Assembly: GCA_051294375.1 (NCBI GenBank)
Contig: CM119268.1
Coordinates: forward strand, 17,176,502-17,240,501
Reading direction: 5' to 3'
DNA length: 64,000 bases
DNA from: Paraspadella gotoi
Taxonomy: Eukaryota > Animalia > Chaetognatha
Shown: one piece after another, positions 27,736-39,993 of the stretch
How the letters are laid out: each line of letters starts with the position of its first letter
Numbering within the stretch: position 1 is the first letter of the stretch
Translations under genes and position numbers: made by a program
The notes under the pieces: generated by a model
The model's input: the letters and a program-made list of their open reading frames with translations, nothing else
Databases searched by the model: none
What the model was told of the DNA's origin: nothing

Positions 27736-29199
27736 TCTTGCCCAGAATACTGTGTTGACAATCATCGCTTCTTTGACATTTTTAAAATCAAAGTTAATTG
27801 GTATTTTCTAATATACGGATTAATTTTACCTAACTTTTATACAACTTGACGTAGATTTATTTTTTGTCGCTCATTAAATTTTTATTGGGCCGTCGAAGCG
27901 TTGTTGTCCCTGTATTATCTCCCCCGGCCGGCACTTCTCAGCTGACATGAATATTTAGCCTCATTATCTGTCTCTTTGGCGACAACGCCCTCTGTCTTCG
28001 ACGCCCAAAATAAATCCGTTCCCCGCAAAATTGAAAATTTTGAATCTGAGGCGGGACCTTTTAAAATCGGATGAGGAGTCAAGAGAGCATCTTGTCGATC
28101 CATTGGCCTTTTTGGTCTCAGAAACCAATGGGTGGATGAGTCGAGGCGGGGGGAGGGGGCAGAGAGGGGGGCGATATAGTCTGGACGCCTATAATTTTTC
28201 AGATTGAATAGCGAGGCTGTATGAAATGTTATGCGGTCCTTACTATTGAGTGAATGTGTCGTCGTTTAGGATGAGTAGCGAGGTTGTATAAAATTTTGTT
28301 TGTATTTTATCCTATCCATCTGATTATGGATTAAATGTGTTCGTTTAGGCTGGTTCTCTGGGAGTGAATAAACGAGACTGTGAGAGAGTGAAGGCTTGAA
28401 GGCTTGAAGGATTGAAGGCTTGCAGGGACCTGTTATGTCATTATCTTGTAAGAGTGATGGAGGCCTTAAACCACCAAAGCCTGTCCAAAGTCAGGGGGAA
28501 AAGCTTATATATTAAATGAATGGTTGTACCAATTTCATGAATTTTTTTTCTGTCGACCTTACTCTGGATTTAGTGTGTAGTCGGTAAGACTGGGTTGCGA
28601 GGCTGTACCAAATTTTAAGCTATTCTTATAATAGGTTAATTCAATGTTAAGAAGGAATTACGTGAAACAGAGCAGAGAAAAGGACGAGGGTTTGAGAAGA
28701 CGAAAAACAAGGCGAGGACAAACAAAAGGAAAATAAAAAAAGGGAGAAAGAAAAATTAAAAAGTACACATAACGAAAGAGTGGGTTTTATAAGGAAATGA
28801 AAAGAATAGGAGCTAAAAAAATACTTAAAGAAAAAAAGTAAATATATAAAAATTAAGCTAAAGACCTTTGTGATGCACTTCATTTGACCTCTGATAACGA
28901 AGCCACGCTAAGAATGATAAGAAGACATATCTTTTTTTATTGGTCAGGACATGTCTTTGTTATTTTGTTAAACAAATAATGCTACATTCCAATCTATTGT
29001 GAAAGTGAAAATAAACCATAATAGTTATTAAAACGATCTTTTAACAATGCGACTTGTTCTTTTACCATACTGCACTACCTCTTCCATAACAGTTTTTTAA
29101 AACGTCTTTTGTTTATTTATATAAGTTCGCTTTTTTGTCATAAGGGAGAGTCTTGCTCAAAAGGTCCACACACGATGTTCTTTTGGTCACGAGGGTTAT

Positions 29200-29213
29200 G
29201 TTGCCATGGAAAC
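29200..29213 (+). promoter_or_regulatory. RFX X-box GTTGCCATGGAAAC upstream of IFT74
   Basis: Near-perfect canonical X-box ~490 nt upstream of the IFT74 ATG. IFT genes are established RFX targets. Confidence 0.8.
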
Positions 29214-29693
29214 GCAAAAGCATTTTAAACGAGAAAAAAAATTAAAGCTCTGTCTTAGTTTTCTGCGTCTAAAGTTAATAAAATACTTTTTAATATTTAA
29301 GGTAATTTGCATATATCTACAATAATCACCAGTTTTCTTATTTACGATATTTTTTTTACTGTTATGACCAAAAGTACTCTCAATCTTAATAATTTTTCTG
29401 AGCAAAATTGATTTTAAAAATCGAAGCTTACTAAAAATCCTTAACTTTGTATTCTATTCATATTAAATACCATAGTGAACAGCAATGAAAACTAAACCAG
29501 GTGAAAAAAAATATCATTTTCATATTTATAACGCTTTAGGTTTTGATTTCAAATATAAAATTAAGAAATTTTGAAAATTTAAACATGACGTAATATGATT
29601 GTGTCGCGAATTGTCTCATGAATTTCCCGTTTTCCTCGGCGCCGTTCTCTCCTCTCCCCAGTCTACCGACCAGACCCACCCCCTCGATCCGTG

Positions 29694-32600
29694 ATGAACG
29701 CCGGATATCGACCAGGCAGCGCCGCCCGAAAGCCCGGAGGAGGCGCGGCTCCGGTGGGTCGCCCTCCTGGCACAGCCTCACGCCTGATGACCGGAGGAGC
29801 AGGCCATCCACCGGGCACGGCTTCGGGCATGTCGGGCTCCGCCCTCATGGCCAACCTCCGCGTCTCCGACCGGCCCATGACCCAACAGGGGCTTGGGGGG
29901 CCAAAGACGGCCGGGAAGGGCCCCGGCCGGCAGGTGCAGGACAAAAGCTACTGGCTGGGGGTCCTGAGGCACAAGATGCACGAAATCGGCGGAGAAGTTG
30001 AGAGGCTGCAGAGAGAGATCGAGGATGTGTCGGAGCAGAACGCCTCCTTCTTGGGATACGAGAAGACGGCAGAGGGATTGGCGGCGGAGATTAAGGAATT
30101 GCAAGTAAGGATGAGCGAAGATGTAGAAAGAAAGATAGACAGAAAGAAAAAAGGAAGAAAGAAAGATAAAAAGAAAGAAAGACAGAAAGAAAGAAATAAA
30201 TTAAAAGAAAAATTGAAAGAAATTAGAATGAAAGATCAAAAACAAAAGAAATTAGCCCAAAGAAGAAAAAGAACTCTTTTTATCCCTATCTGACCTACCC
30301 ATTCCCACCCTCCTCTTTCCCCACCTCCCCCCGTCCCCACCCCTCTAATCCAAGGGTCAACTCGCCGACTACAACCTCCTCATGGACAAAGTGAACACGG
30401 ACGCGGACGCGAGTTCCATCCGATCCGAGACTCACGAACTCGCCGCGCGGAATCGCAACGAAGAGAAGGAGCTGGACGAGTTCTTCACGGCCAAGACCAA
30501 AGTGGAGCAACAGATCGCGGGAGTGGAGCGGGAGATGGATCAGGAGCGGAGAATGGCCGACACTATCGTGGCCGACATGCCGCCGAATACGCGGCTGCAG
30601 CATCAGAGGTGAGGGTTAGTCAACACATTCACTATCGCCTTACAGCGTCAGCGCGGTGGCCTAAGCGCGAGCGCCCCACTATTATGAAATATAGCAGGCG
30701 GGATGGGATGTGTGGTTGACAATAAGGCGTAGTGAAAGTTACATACGAAAATTCTAAAAGTCAACTATGAACAACATACCATCAGTGAACATTATTTGTA
30801 AAAAATTCATTTTATGTTTTTTAATTTTCGCAGTAGGCTATATTTATATATAGTACTATCCTTATAAAATCGAAAAATTTCAAAATAGGCTTTTCTTAAT
30901 TTTGATTGCAGATTTGAATTCCTCATCAAAAGTTGATAAAAGAAAATATAAATCATTTTTAAAAATTCTTTCATTAAGTGAGTTAAAAATTAAAAAAACT
31001 ATATTTAATATATAAAAAGTTAATTTTCAGCTTAAAGTATAGCTTTTTCTAATTTTTGACCCACTTAATGAAGGAATTTTTCAAAAAGAATTATATTTCT
31101 TTTTAACAACTTTTTATGACAAATCCAAATCTGCAAAAAAATCTTAGAAAAAAACTGTTTTGAAATTTTAACATTTATTGGTTTAATACTAGTATAAATA
31201 TGGCCTACTGCGTAAATTGTAAAATTTATTATAAATTTTTTTATTACATAAATGTTCATTAATATAATGTTGTTCGTTCCTCACTTTTAGAATTTTAATT
31301 TAAGTTAAATTTAGAAATTTTACTACGCCCTAGTTGACAATGTTCACTGATTGGTCAGATCCGTAATAACAGGCGGTAATTTGTCAAGCCTATGGTGCAC
31401 TAGAGAGGGAAGTTTGTTTCGTGATTTGTTTCGTATATTGACCGACGCATCGACCGACAATATCATCACCAAAGACGACGATAATGATGGCGAAGACGTC
31501 GATGAAGACGAAAACCTTTTTATCTTCAATTCGCAGACTGAAAAATATCAACGAACAGCTCCACCGTTCGCTGGAGCAGCAGCAGCAGGAGCTGGATACG
31601 CTGGAGTCGCGCCGGAGGGAGATGGAGGCGGAGATCAGCAGCAGCCAAGTGAAGCAGGAGGCGGTGAGACTCAACGAGCAGATCGAAGCCTTAGAGGAGA
31701 AGAGGGATTCGCTGCTCAACGAGATCAAGTCGAAGNNNNNNNNNNNNNNNNNNNNNNNNNNNNNNNNNNNNNNNNNNNNNNNNNNNNNNNNNNNNNNNNN
31801 NNNNNNNNNNNNNNNNNNNNNNNNNNNNNNNNNNNNNNNNNNNNNNNNNNNNNNNNNNNNNNNNNNNNNNNNNNNNNNNNNNNNNNNNNNNNNNNNNNNN
31901 NNNNNNNNNNNNNNNNNNNNNNNNNNNNNNNNNNNNNNNNNNNNNNNNNNNNNNNNNNNNNNNNNNNNNNNNNNNNNNNNNNNNNNNNNNNNNNNNNNNN
32001 NNNNNNNNNNNNNNNNNNNNNNNNNNNNNNNNNNNNNNNNNNNNNNNNNNNNNNNNNNNNNNNNNNNNNNNNNNNNNNNNNNNNNNNNNNNNNNNNNNNN
32101 NNNNNNNNNNNNNNNNNNNNNNNNNNNNNNNNNNNNNNNNNNNNNNNNNNNNNNNNNNNNNNNNNNNNNNNNNNNNNNNNNNNNNNNNNNNNNNNNNNNN
32201 NNNNNNNNNNNNNNNNNNNNNNNNNNNNNNNNNNNNNNNNNNNNNNNNNNNNNNNNNNNNNNNNNNNNNNNNNNNNNNNNNNNNNNNNNNNNNNNNNNNN
32301 NNNNNNNNNNNNNNNNNNNNNNNNNNNNNNNNNNNNNNNNNNNNNNNNNNNNNNNNNNNNNNNNNNNNNNNNNNNNNNNNNNNNNNNNNNNNNNNNNNNN
32401 NNNNNNNNNNNNNNNNNNNNNNNNNNNNNNNNNNNNNNNNNNNNNNNNNNNNNNNNNNNNNNNNNNNNNNNNNNNNNNNNNNNNNNNNNNNNNNNNNNNN
32501 NNNNNNNNNNNNNNNNNNNNNNNNNNNNNNNNNNNNNNNNNNNNNNNNNNNNNNNNNNNNNNNNNNNNNNNNNNNAAAAATGTCTCTCCTTCCACCGGCC

Positions 32601-33400
32601 GGCCCGAAGGAAGAACGGGAACGCCTCCTGAAGCAAGTCAAGGAAGACAACCAAGAAATCGTGGCCATGGAGAAACAGACCAAAGAACTGCAGGACAAGA
32701 TGCAGCAGTTGCAGGCGGAGGTGCAGCAGTTGGACATGGACATCGACGAGAACCAAGGGGAACGGAACGCGCAGTACAAGAAGCTGAAGAAGAGAGAAGA
32801 GGAAATCGAGGAATTCATGGAAGGATTCGACGAGAACAAAGCGAATGAGATCAAGAAGTTGGGGCAGTTGGAGAGGAACGTGGCCAGCATCTTGGAGTCG
32901 ATGAGTCGGTATGGGGTCCATGAATAAAAAGAATAAGTAAATAAATAAATAAGTCAAACAATGGAATAATCAATTAACCAACCATAGATTGTCGATACAT
33001 TGATTTCAAATTGATGGATTCTGTATTTTAGATATTTATAGTAATTTATACTATTCGTCATAAAATTGCGAAATCGTTTCCCCCTTCTCAGCAAACTTGG
33101 CAGCATGCACTCCCTCCCGTCTCAAGCTGACTTCGAGACTCTCAAAAAAGACCTGGAAGTCAAGGAGCAAGAGATGCAGAAGAGCGAATACACGTCTGGC
33201 GCTTTGCTCCAGCAGCACGAGATGCTCGCGGCCGATTTGGGCAAAGTTGAAACGCTGGAGCAGAAAGTCAAGGCGGAGCTGGAGACGCTGGAGGAAAAGA
33301 TCGGAAAGATGGAGAAAGAGCTCCTCGTTTATGTTGATGTAGAGAAGTTGACCCAAGATGCGGAAGAGAAGAGGACCCGGTTGCAGTGGGAGAAGGTGAG

Positions 33401-33486
<86 letters not shown>

Positions 33487-33831
33487 CTCTCTCTTCTCAA
33501 TCAATCAATAAATAAAGCATCAATCGTACCAATCAATCCGCATTCTTAGGTGGCCCTCGGCAAGCAGGTTGAGAACACGAAAAAGGTCATGAAGGAACTA
33601 AACGTGGAACACGAATCCCTGAAGAAAGAGTTGGAAGACAACGAGACACACGCTCAGCTGAACAATCTAGAGCGAAAGCTGCAGCAGCATGAGATGAACA
33701 ACTTCGTCGTCAAGGAATTCGTGGCCAACAAACGAGCAGAGAGCGACTATCTGCCCATCAAGAAGATGGTCAATGACCTCGTCACTGATTACAACGGGAG
33801 GTTGAAGGAGTTCATGACAAAGGGGAAGTGA
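29694..33831 (+). CDS. IFT74: Intraflagellar transport protein 74 (IFT74/CMG-1)
   Basis: Exons 29694-30104, 30355-30608, 31537-31735 (then N-gap), ~32597-32908, 33092-33395, 33550-33831. Motifs: [31 protein letters not shown]; [15 protein letters not shown]; [17 protein letters not shown]; [23 protein letters not shown]. Confidence 0.95.
30630..30734. mobile_element. Putative 105-bp MITE-like element with CACTA-type terminal inverted repeats
   Basis: Left end CACTATCGCCTTA, right end TAAGGCGTAGTG (reverse complement CACTACGCCTTA). No clear TSD. Confidence 0.35.
31736..32576. other. Assembly gap (841 N). Other gaps: 34664-34673 (10 N), 45757-45781 (25 N), 50017-50041 (25 N)
   Basis: Runs of N. 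Confidence 1.
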
Positions 33832-33837
33832 ATTGAA

Positions 33838-33959
<122 letters not shown>

Positions 33960-34145
33960 CACTCAGTAAAATGGATTTTATGTAATTCGTTTATTTTTGA
34001 AATAAACTCGAACGGAGCTTGGTTTCCGATCCTGTTTTGGTTTTGACTTCTCCATTGCTCACCTTGTATTTATTGTTAAAATAGTAAAATGTTTCTGATA
34101 TAAAAACTAAAAAAAAAAAACACAAACAAATAAACGACAGAGAAA

Positions 34146-35679
34146 ATGTCGATGATGAAGACTCGAACGCGGGAAATCACTGGTCCGTATCCCGGGTCAT
34201 TCGCCGTTCTTGCGAGACCGGCGCAAAGTCGGGATCTGGAGGCCTTGTTCAGGTAATATTCTATAGATTATTTATTAAATCTTTAGCTAATATATATATT
34301 TGAAGTCCTGGAGATGTACATGAACCTTGATGATGTCAGTTTAGTTACCTAATAAAATAACAAATAATTTAATGAAGCCCTCTGAGGCTCGATTTTAGGC
34401 CTATTGATACATATTTGTTTCCAACTTTGCTTCTAAACTTACCCTCCGGATATCTTACTTACCAATCTCACTTCCCTCAGGATGCGCAACGAAGTGGAGG
34501 CCTCCAAGCGCAACGTGGAGGAGCGGGCGCGGCTCCAGCGGAAAGAGGATTTGAGGAGTGAGTGGGAAGAAAATTCCAACAGAAAAATCTCCGCGAAAAA
34601 CCTCGTGAGGAAAGTTGAAGAGATGAGGAGGGTCGACGATCTGGATTTAGAGGCGAGTCATTCNNNNNNNNNNCTCTCTCTCTCTCTCTCTCTCTCTCTG
34701 TTACTCTTTCTCTATCTTTTTCGCTTTCTTTCTTTACTTATGCGCAATACTAATTTATGCAAATCGTGATTATCTCGGGATTTTCACGTCTTGAGTCACT
34801 TTTTTTATTCATTTCCAACGAATGGCATTTTGAAGACTTCAGGTCGATTATAAAAATACTTAAAACAAAAGTCAATCGAATTTATTTAAATTTTAATAAG
34901 AGCAAATACTTTTTTGATTGAAGTAAAGAAATATTCAAATTTGATTTGGTAGCTTGAGTGATTTCGAGCACTCCTGTACATGTATACATGATATCCGGAA
35001 AACAATTTTGAGAGGAACTTACACAAAAGCACAAAAAAATACGAAGAGAAAAAAATCTTTATACATAATAGTGTCGAGTGATTGGTGTCCAGTAGCAAGT
35101 TCTCCCTTACCTCGATCTTACTAAATGACTTCGTCGCTTCTTGATATATTTTTGATCTTTTTTCATGTGAAATTCCATCTTGACATTTCTAAGGATTCTA
35201 TGCTCGATTAACTGGATAATCGTTCGAGCGATTGATTGATTTATTGATTGATCGACTTTCCCCCTAAACAGAAACGCCGCCAACGCCTACGCGAACAACT
35301 CCGCGCGGAGGAAAACGCGTTTTTAGCGGAAGTCGACGCGTCGCGCGAGACATCGATCGAGCGTCAGGCGAAGATGCGCGCGAGAGCGAGAGAGTTGAGA
35401 GAGGGGAGGGAGAGGGAGAGGGTGGAGGAGGCGACGGCGAGATACGAGCAGCAGTTTAGGTAAAGAAGGGTGATGGGGGCAGAGGGCGAAATGCGTGTAT
35501 ATACATTATGTAAGAGAAATCCAATAAATATATATATATAATTATATATATATGTATATCCATTAGTTCATCGCGACTGAAAATCGTTAATAATTCGAAT
35601 TGACAGAATAAAAAAAAATTCCGGGAAAAGTATCCGTTTCCGATATTCCCGTCTCAACAACGAGCGGATACAAAGAGCC

Positions 35680-35732
<53 letters not shown>

Positions 35733-38700
35733 CTCTCTCACAGGGAGAACTGCGACGAGCTGCGTCAGGATCAACAGATGCGACATCTGCAATCCGTGGC
35801 GAGAGAGAGGGCGGCGCAAATCTGGGAGAAAGAAAAGAGGAAAGAGACGAATGCGAGAGAGGAAGAAGTTTGGGCGAGACTGTGGGAGCAGGATAAGATG
35901 TCCAAAGATCAGAAGGCGGACGAAGAGGCGATGAAGAAGGCGTTGGCGAACAGGGAAAGGTAAGGTGTGGTTGGGGAGAGTGAGAGGAGTGAGTCTGAGA
36001 TAGAGACGGAGAGATAGACAGACCGATGGCCAAAAAAAAAATTTACCTCTTTAAATATCCTTATCAGGTTGAGCGTTTTGAGCCAACAGATGGACGCGTT
36101 GCAGGCGCAAAAGAAGGAAGAGAAGAGAATTAAGGAAGAGGAAGCAAAAATTCTTCAGGTAAATCAGATTTACTAGATTTAAACAACAACAACAAGCAAA
36201 CGCCCGCTGATCTATCGACCCGTAGATCGCTACTGAACCCACTTTTTTCTCACCTTTTTCCCTGACTGTGAATCGCCATTATTTTTTTCACCATTTAAAA
36301 TACGAAAAAAAAATAAACACTAAAAAAAGTATTTTTTAACTTTAGACATGTTTAGTCGGGGAGTAAGTAGGGAAGTTATGTAAACATTGTTTACCTAACT
36401 TTCCTCCATTCCCATCGCCCGACCCTTACCCTCCCCTACCCTCTTCCACCGTCCAGGAACAAGAGGGCCTCCGCCGTCTCGAGGCCCTTCAGGAGCGCTT
36501 CTTCGCCCTGCGCAACTCGGAGCGGTATCGTCGCGACCTTCGACGCGGGCGGCGGATGGCGTTGAAGGCGGAGTTGACGAGACAGAGAGAAGAGATGGCG
36601 CTGGATCTGGAGATGCTCGCCCGGTTGGACTCGGAGATCAAGGACGAAGCCGCGAAGGAGAAGAATGAGAAGAGGAGGATGAGGGACGAGTTGGAGCGGT
36701 GAGTGGTGGGAGGGGGTGGAAAGGAGGGTGGTTTAAAAAATGGGTGGTGAGTGGTGAGTGACAGGTGAGTGGTGGTAGGGGCTGGAGAGGAGGGTGGTTT
36801 AAAAGGTGGGTTGGTGATTGGCAAAATCGGTTGATGGATTTCTGAAGCCGGGAAATAATGTTTATGGCTAAATTCGTCTTTGGGTTTCACTTCTTAGTTT
36901 AATATTTAGATATGTTTTTAACTTTATTCCTTGCCACCTGATACTGAGCATAATTTCTGTCTAGTTTTCGAATTTAAAAAAAACCTCATTATAATACTTA
37001 ATCTGTGGATAAGGCGCTAAGTGGGCGGAAGATGACTATCCGTAACATCTATAACCCCCTTTAGTAGCCATGGAACGGGTCCTGGGCTTGGAACCAGGCT
37101 TGAGGGGTTGCCACGCCCCCAAGGCGGCTTACGGCCGTCCTCACGCTTCCCACAGGGTAGGTACCGGGTTGGGATTGAACCCGGTACCTAGTGGTCATGA
37201 GCTGCTGGCTTTACTCAATGAGCCACCGGGTCAGGACTGAAGGTGTCATGCTTATATGCGGGGTGAACCTAGGCAATGCCCGACTACAAATCTTATCGTT
37301 TTACTTTTTAGATACATGAATTACTTAGCTCAAGAGAAAGCGGCCAAGGAGGAAGAGGAGAAGCGGATAGAGGCTTTGGCTGACGCTGAGGTGGAGGCGG
37401 CTTGGAAAAGAAGGGAGGCGCAGTGGGCGAGAGAGAGGGAAGCCAGGTGAGGAAAGACTTATCCCTTTGCCACCGATGTCGGAGATATAACCTGCAACAG
37501 TGAAACACTCCACCTTCGCACGATCCCTTCCAGATCCCGTCTCCTTCGAGAGGTCATCGCCTCTTGGGACGAACAGATCCGCGTCCACGTTTTGGCCAAT
37601 CAGGAGGCGGAGGCGTCGTTGGCGGCGGAAAGGCGAGAATTCGCCGCCCTCATTCAGAATCAGAAAAGGGTGAGTCGGAATGTTGTGGGATTAGAAACCA
37701 GTAATAGAAATAGTAGTAATATTAATAGTAGAAATAGTAATAGAAACTATTGTTATTGATTAGGTGACTTGCCGAAGATTTTGAATATTTTTGTTTCTTG
37801 TGCCCCTTTTGGGCGAGGCCGGGGATTTGAGAGGTCGTGACCCTTTTACTTTCGGGAAATAATTTCAAGGACATTCAATACATATTGTGCGTTATGGAAA
37901 GGAAAAATGGAAAAAAATTTTAAAAAGTTAATAATTAATTAAATATAATTATTTAGTTCGTTTTGTTCTGTTGATTACATCAACTCTTGATCCAGGTCAA
38001 TCAAAGCGATTATCCTTGAAAACACATGAAAAAATAAAACACTTCCCTTTTGTTTTTGTTGTTTTAACTCAATAATTCACTAAAGACTTCTTGTCAATCA
38101 TCTAGATGTCGCTCCGCTTATCTTTCATTTCCCTCGTTCGCTCGCCGATCGCCATTTATTCTCGTCAGTTCCTTCCTCTTTTTGCCTCTTTTTCCTTTTT
38201 TTCTCTTTCTCTTTATACTTTTCTTTTTTTTTTTCTCTTTTTTCTCCTCCATCATAAACTGTAATTAAATTCACCTGTCAAAGCGTCAGAGTCGCCGTCC
38301 GCTCGGACTTGGTCGCCATTTGTCGAGTCGGAGCCGACAATAAATCAGACGAGGGGTCGTGTAATTGTCAGCCTTTCTCTTGGTCTTGTCAGCGAAATGA
38401 CAGCGGTGGCAAATTCTACCGCTGCTTGGAACGTTATTGTTGGTGAAAGACTATTTTTTTTGGGATTGACTCAGAAAGTGAGACAAACAAGGAGTCAATG
38501 CGTTCGAGAGACTGGAACTTCTTTTTTTTTCTTTTTCTTATCAGGAGGACGAAGAACGAGCGGCTCAACTGGACGCGAGGACGAAAACCTATGCCGGGGA
38601 TTTGTTGCAGCAGGTGGGAAAAACGGAAGATGAGGATCGTTTTTTTGTCATCATTTTTGTCGGTTCTTGTCGAATTAAATGTGAAGATATGGCCTCGTCT

Positions 38701-39640
38701 CCAATTTTTCAAAAAAAGGGGGCTGGGGGTTATGATTTTATCTAACCCGATATGATGATTTAAAATTGAGTTATGAAGTCATGAGTTATGAAGGAAGGCT
38801 AAGTGTTTGCGTTATTCCCTTCTATAAACAATTCATTTTCTCCTTTTTATTTTTTTACGTTTTTCCTGTTGGTTTTTTTCCCCCATTTCAAGTTTTTCAC
38901 GATTGGCACATACGTCATCCGGCGGGGAAAGAACAATTATACGTAAAAAAAAATAATCGTATTGATAGATATTTTAGGGAAAACGAGAGAATATCAATAA
39001 TTTATTTAACATTAATTTTAAAAAAAATTGTATTTGTCCAGATCGACTACAACAAAAAAGTCGCGTATGAAAAACGAGAAGAGGAGACAAAGATGAACGA
39101 GGAAGGAATCAAAGAAGAGAACGAATATCGACGGAAGGTGCAGGTAAGGTGTCTATCAGCAGGTGCAGGGCAAGGAATAGCATATGCCGTTTCTGTTAAC
39201 AGGTGCAGGTAAGATGTCGATGAGCAGGTGTAGGGCAAGGAACAGCAGAGGCCGTCTCTGTTAACAGGTGCAGGTAAGGTGTCTATGAGCAGGTGCAGGG
39301 CAAGGAAAAGCAGATGCCGTCCCTGTTAATAGGTAAAGGTAAGGTGTCAATGAGCAGGAACAGGGCAAGGAACAGCAGAGGCAGTCTCTGTTAACAGGTG
39401 CAGGTAAGGTGTCGATAAGCAGGTGCAGGGCAAGGAACAGCATATGCCGTCTCAGTTAACAAGTGGTACTTGAAGGTAGGAGCGAGAAAACCATGCTCGA
39501 AAATAATTAATACAATTTATTACTTACGTTATGACATTATTTTTTTTTTATTTTGGCAGTTTGTGTTGGAAAATCCCGATCCACGGCGAATGCATCCAGT
39601 CAAGATACGGTCGATGCCGTTCGAACCCGTCGCTAATTAG
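34146..39640 (+). CDS. CFAP53: Cilia- and flagella-associated protein 53 (CCDC11; trichoplein family)
   Basis: Eleven phase-consistent exons: 34146-34252, 34481-34652, 35272-35459, 35744-35959, 36068-36158, 36457-36698, 37312-37446, 37534-37669, 38545-38613, 39042-39143, 39560-39640. Motifs match CFAP53: REITGPYP; LRSEWEENS; RRQRLREQLRAEE; ETSIERQAKMR; QQFRENCDELR; RLWEQDKMSK; MHPVK at the C-terminus. Confidence 0.92.
37004..37288 (-). mobile_element. Solo LTR (285 bp) of the TRIM family at 44385-45121, in CFAP53 intron 6
   Basis: Termini TGTAG...CCACA on the - strand. Perfect 4-bp TSD AATC at 37000-37003 and 37289-37292. Colinear with both LTRs of the 44.4-45.1 kb element. Confidence 0.85.
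39136..39460 (+). repeat. Minisatellite, 5 x 65 bp, seeded at the CFAP53 exon 10 donor site
   Basis: Units start at 39136, 39201, 39266, 39331 and 39396; consensus approximately AGGTGCAGGTAAGGTGTCTATGAGCAGGTGCAGGGCAAGGAACAGCAGATGCCGTCTCTGTTAAC. Confidence 0.95.
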
Positions 39641-39993
39641 CTGACGAGCTATATCGAATTGTACATTTGTGTATATTTGTGTCTAGAAAAATTGAATTCT
39701 TTCGGTTGGTAATTCTTTCGAATTAATAATAAAACAAACAGAATTGAATGATTGTTTTTTTTTTGTTTCCTACGATTGAAAAAAAGAACAAAAAAACCAA
39801 AAAAATAGACAATATTTAGAAAACTAGAATTTCTTGAAACCAGAGATCGAAAAGAAAGAAAAACTAAAATTACATATGAATCAGTTCATAAATAGTCAAT
39901 GATTGAAGATGAAAGGGATGATGATAAAGCGATCAGTATTTTGGACATCCCTATTGCCCTCAAGGACAGGTTGTGCATCAATTGGACGGCGAT

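Noticed and set aside
31351-32957. 400-450-aa ORFs in the ORF track
   Set aside because: They run through the 841-N gap; only the flanks are real IFT74 exons.
39136-39460. CRISPR-like array
   Set aside because: Eukaryotic intron; the whole 65-bp unit repeats with no unique spacers and there are no cas genes.
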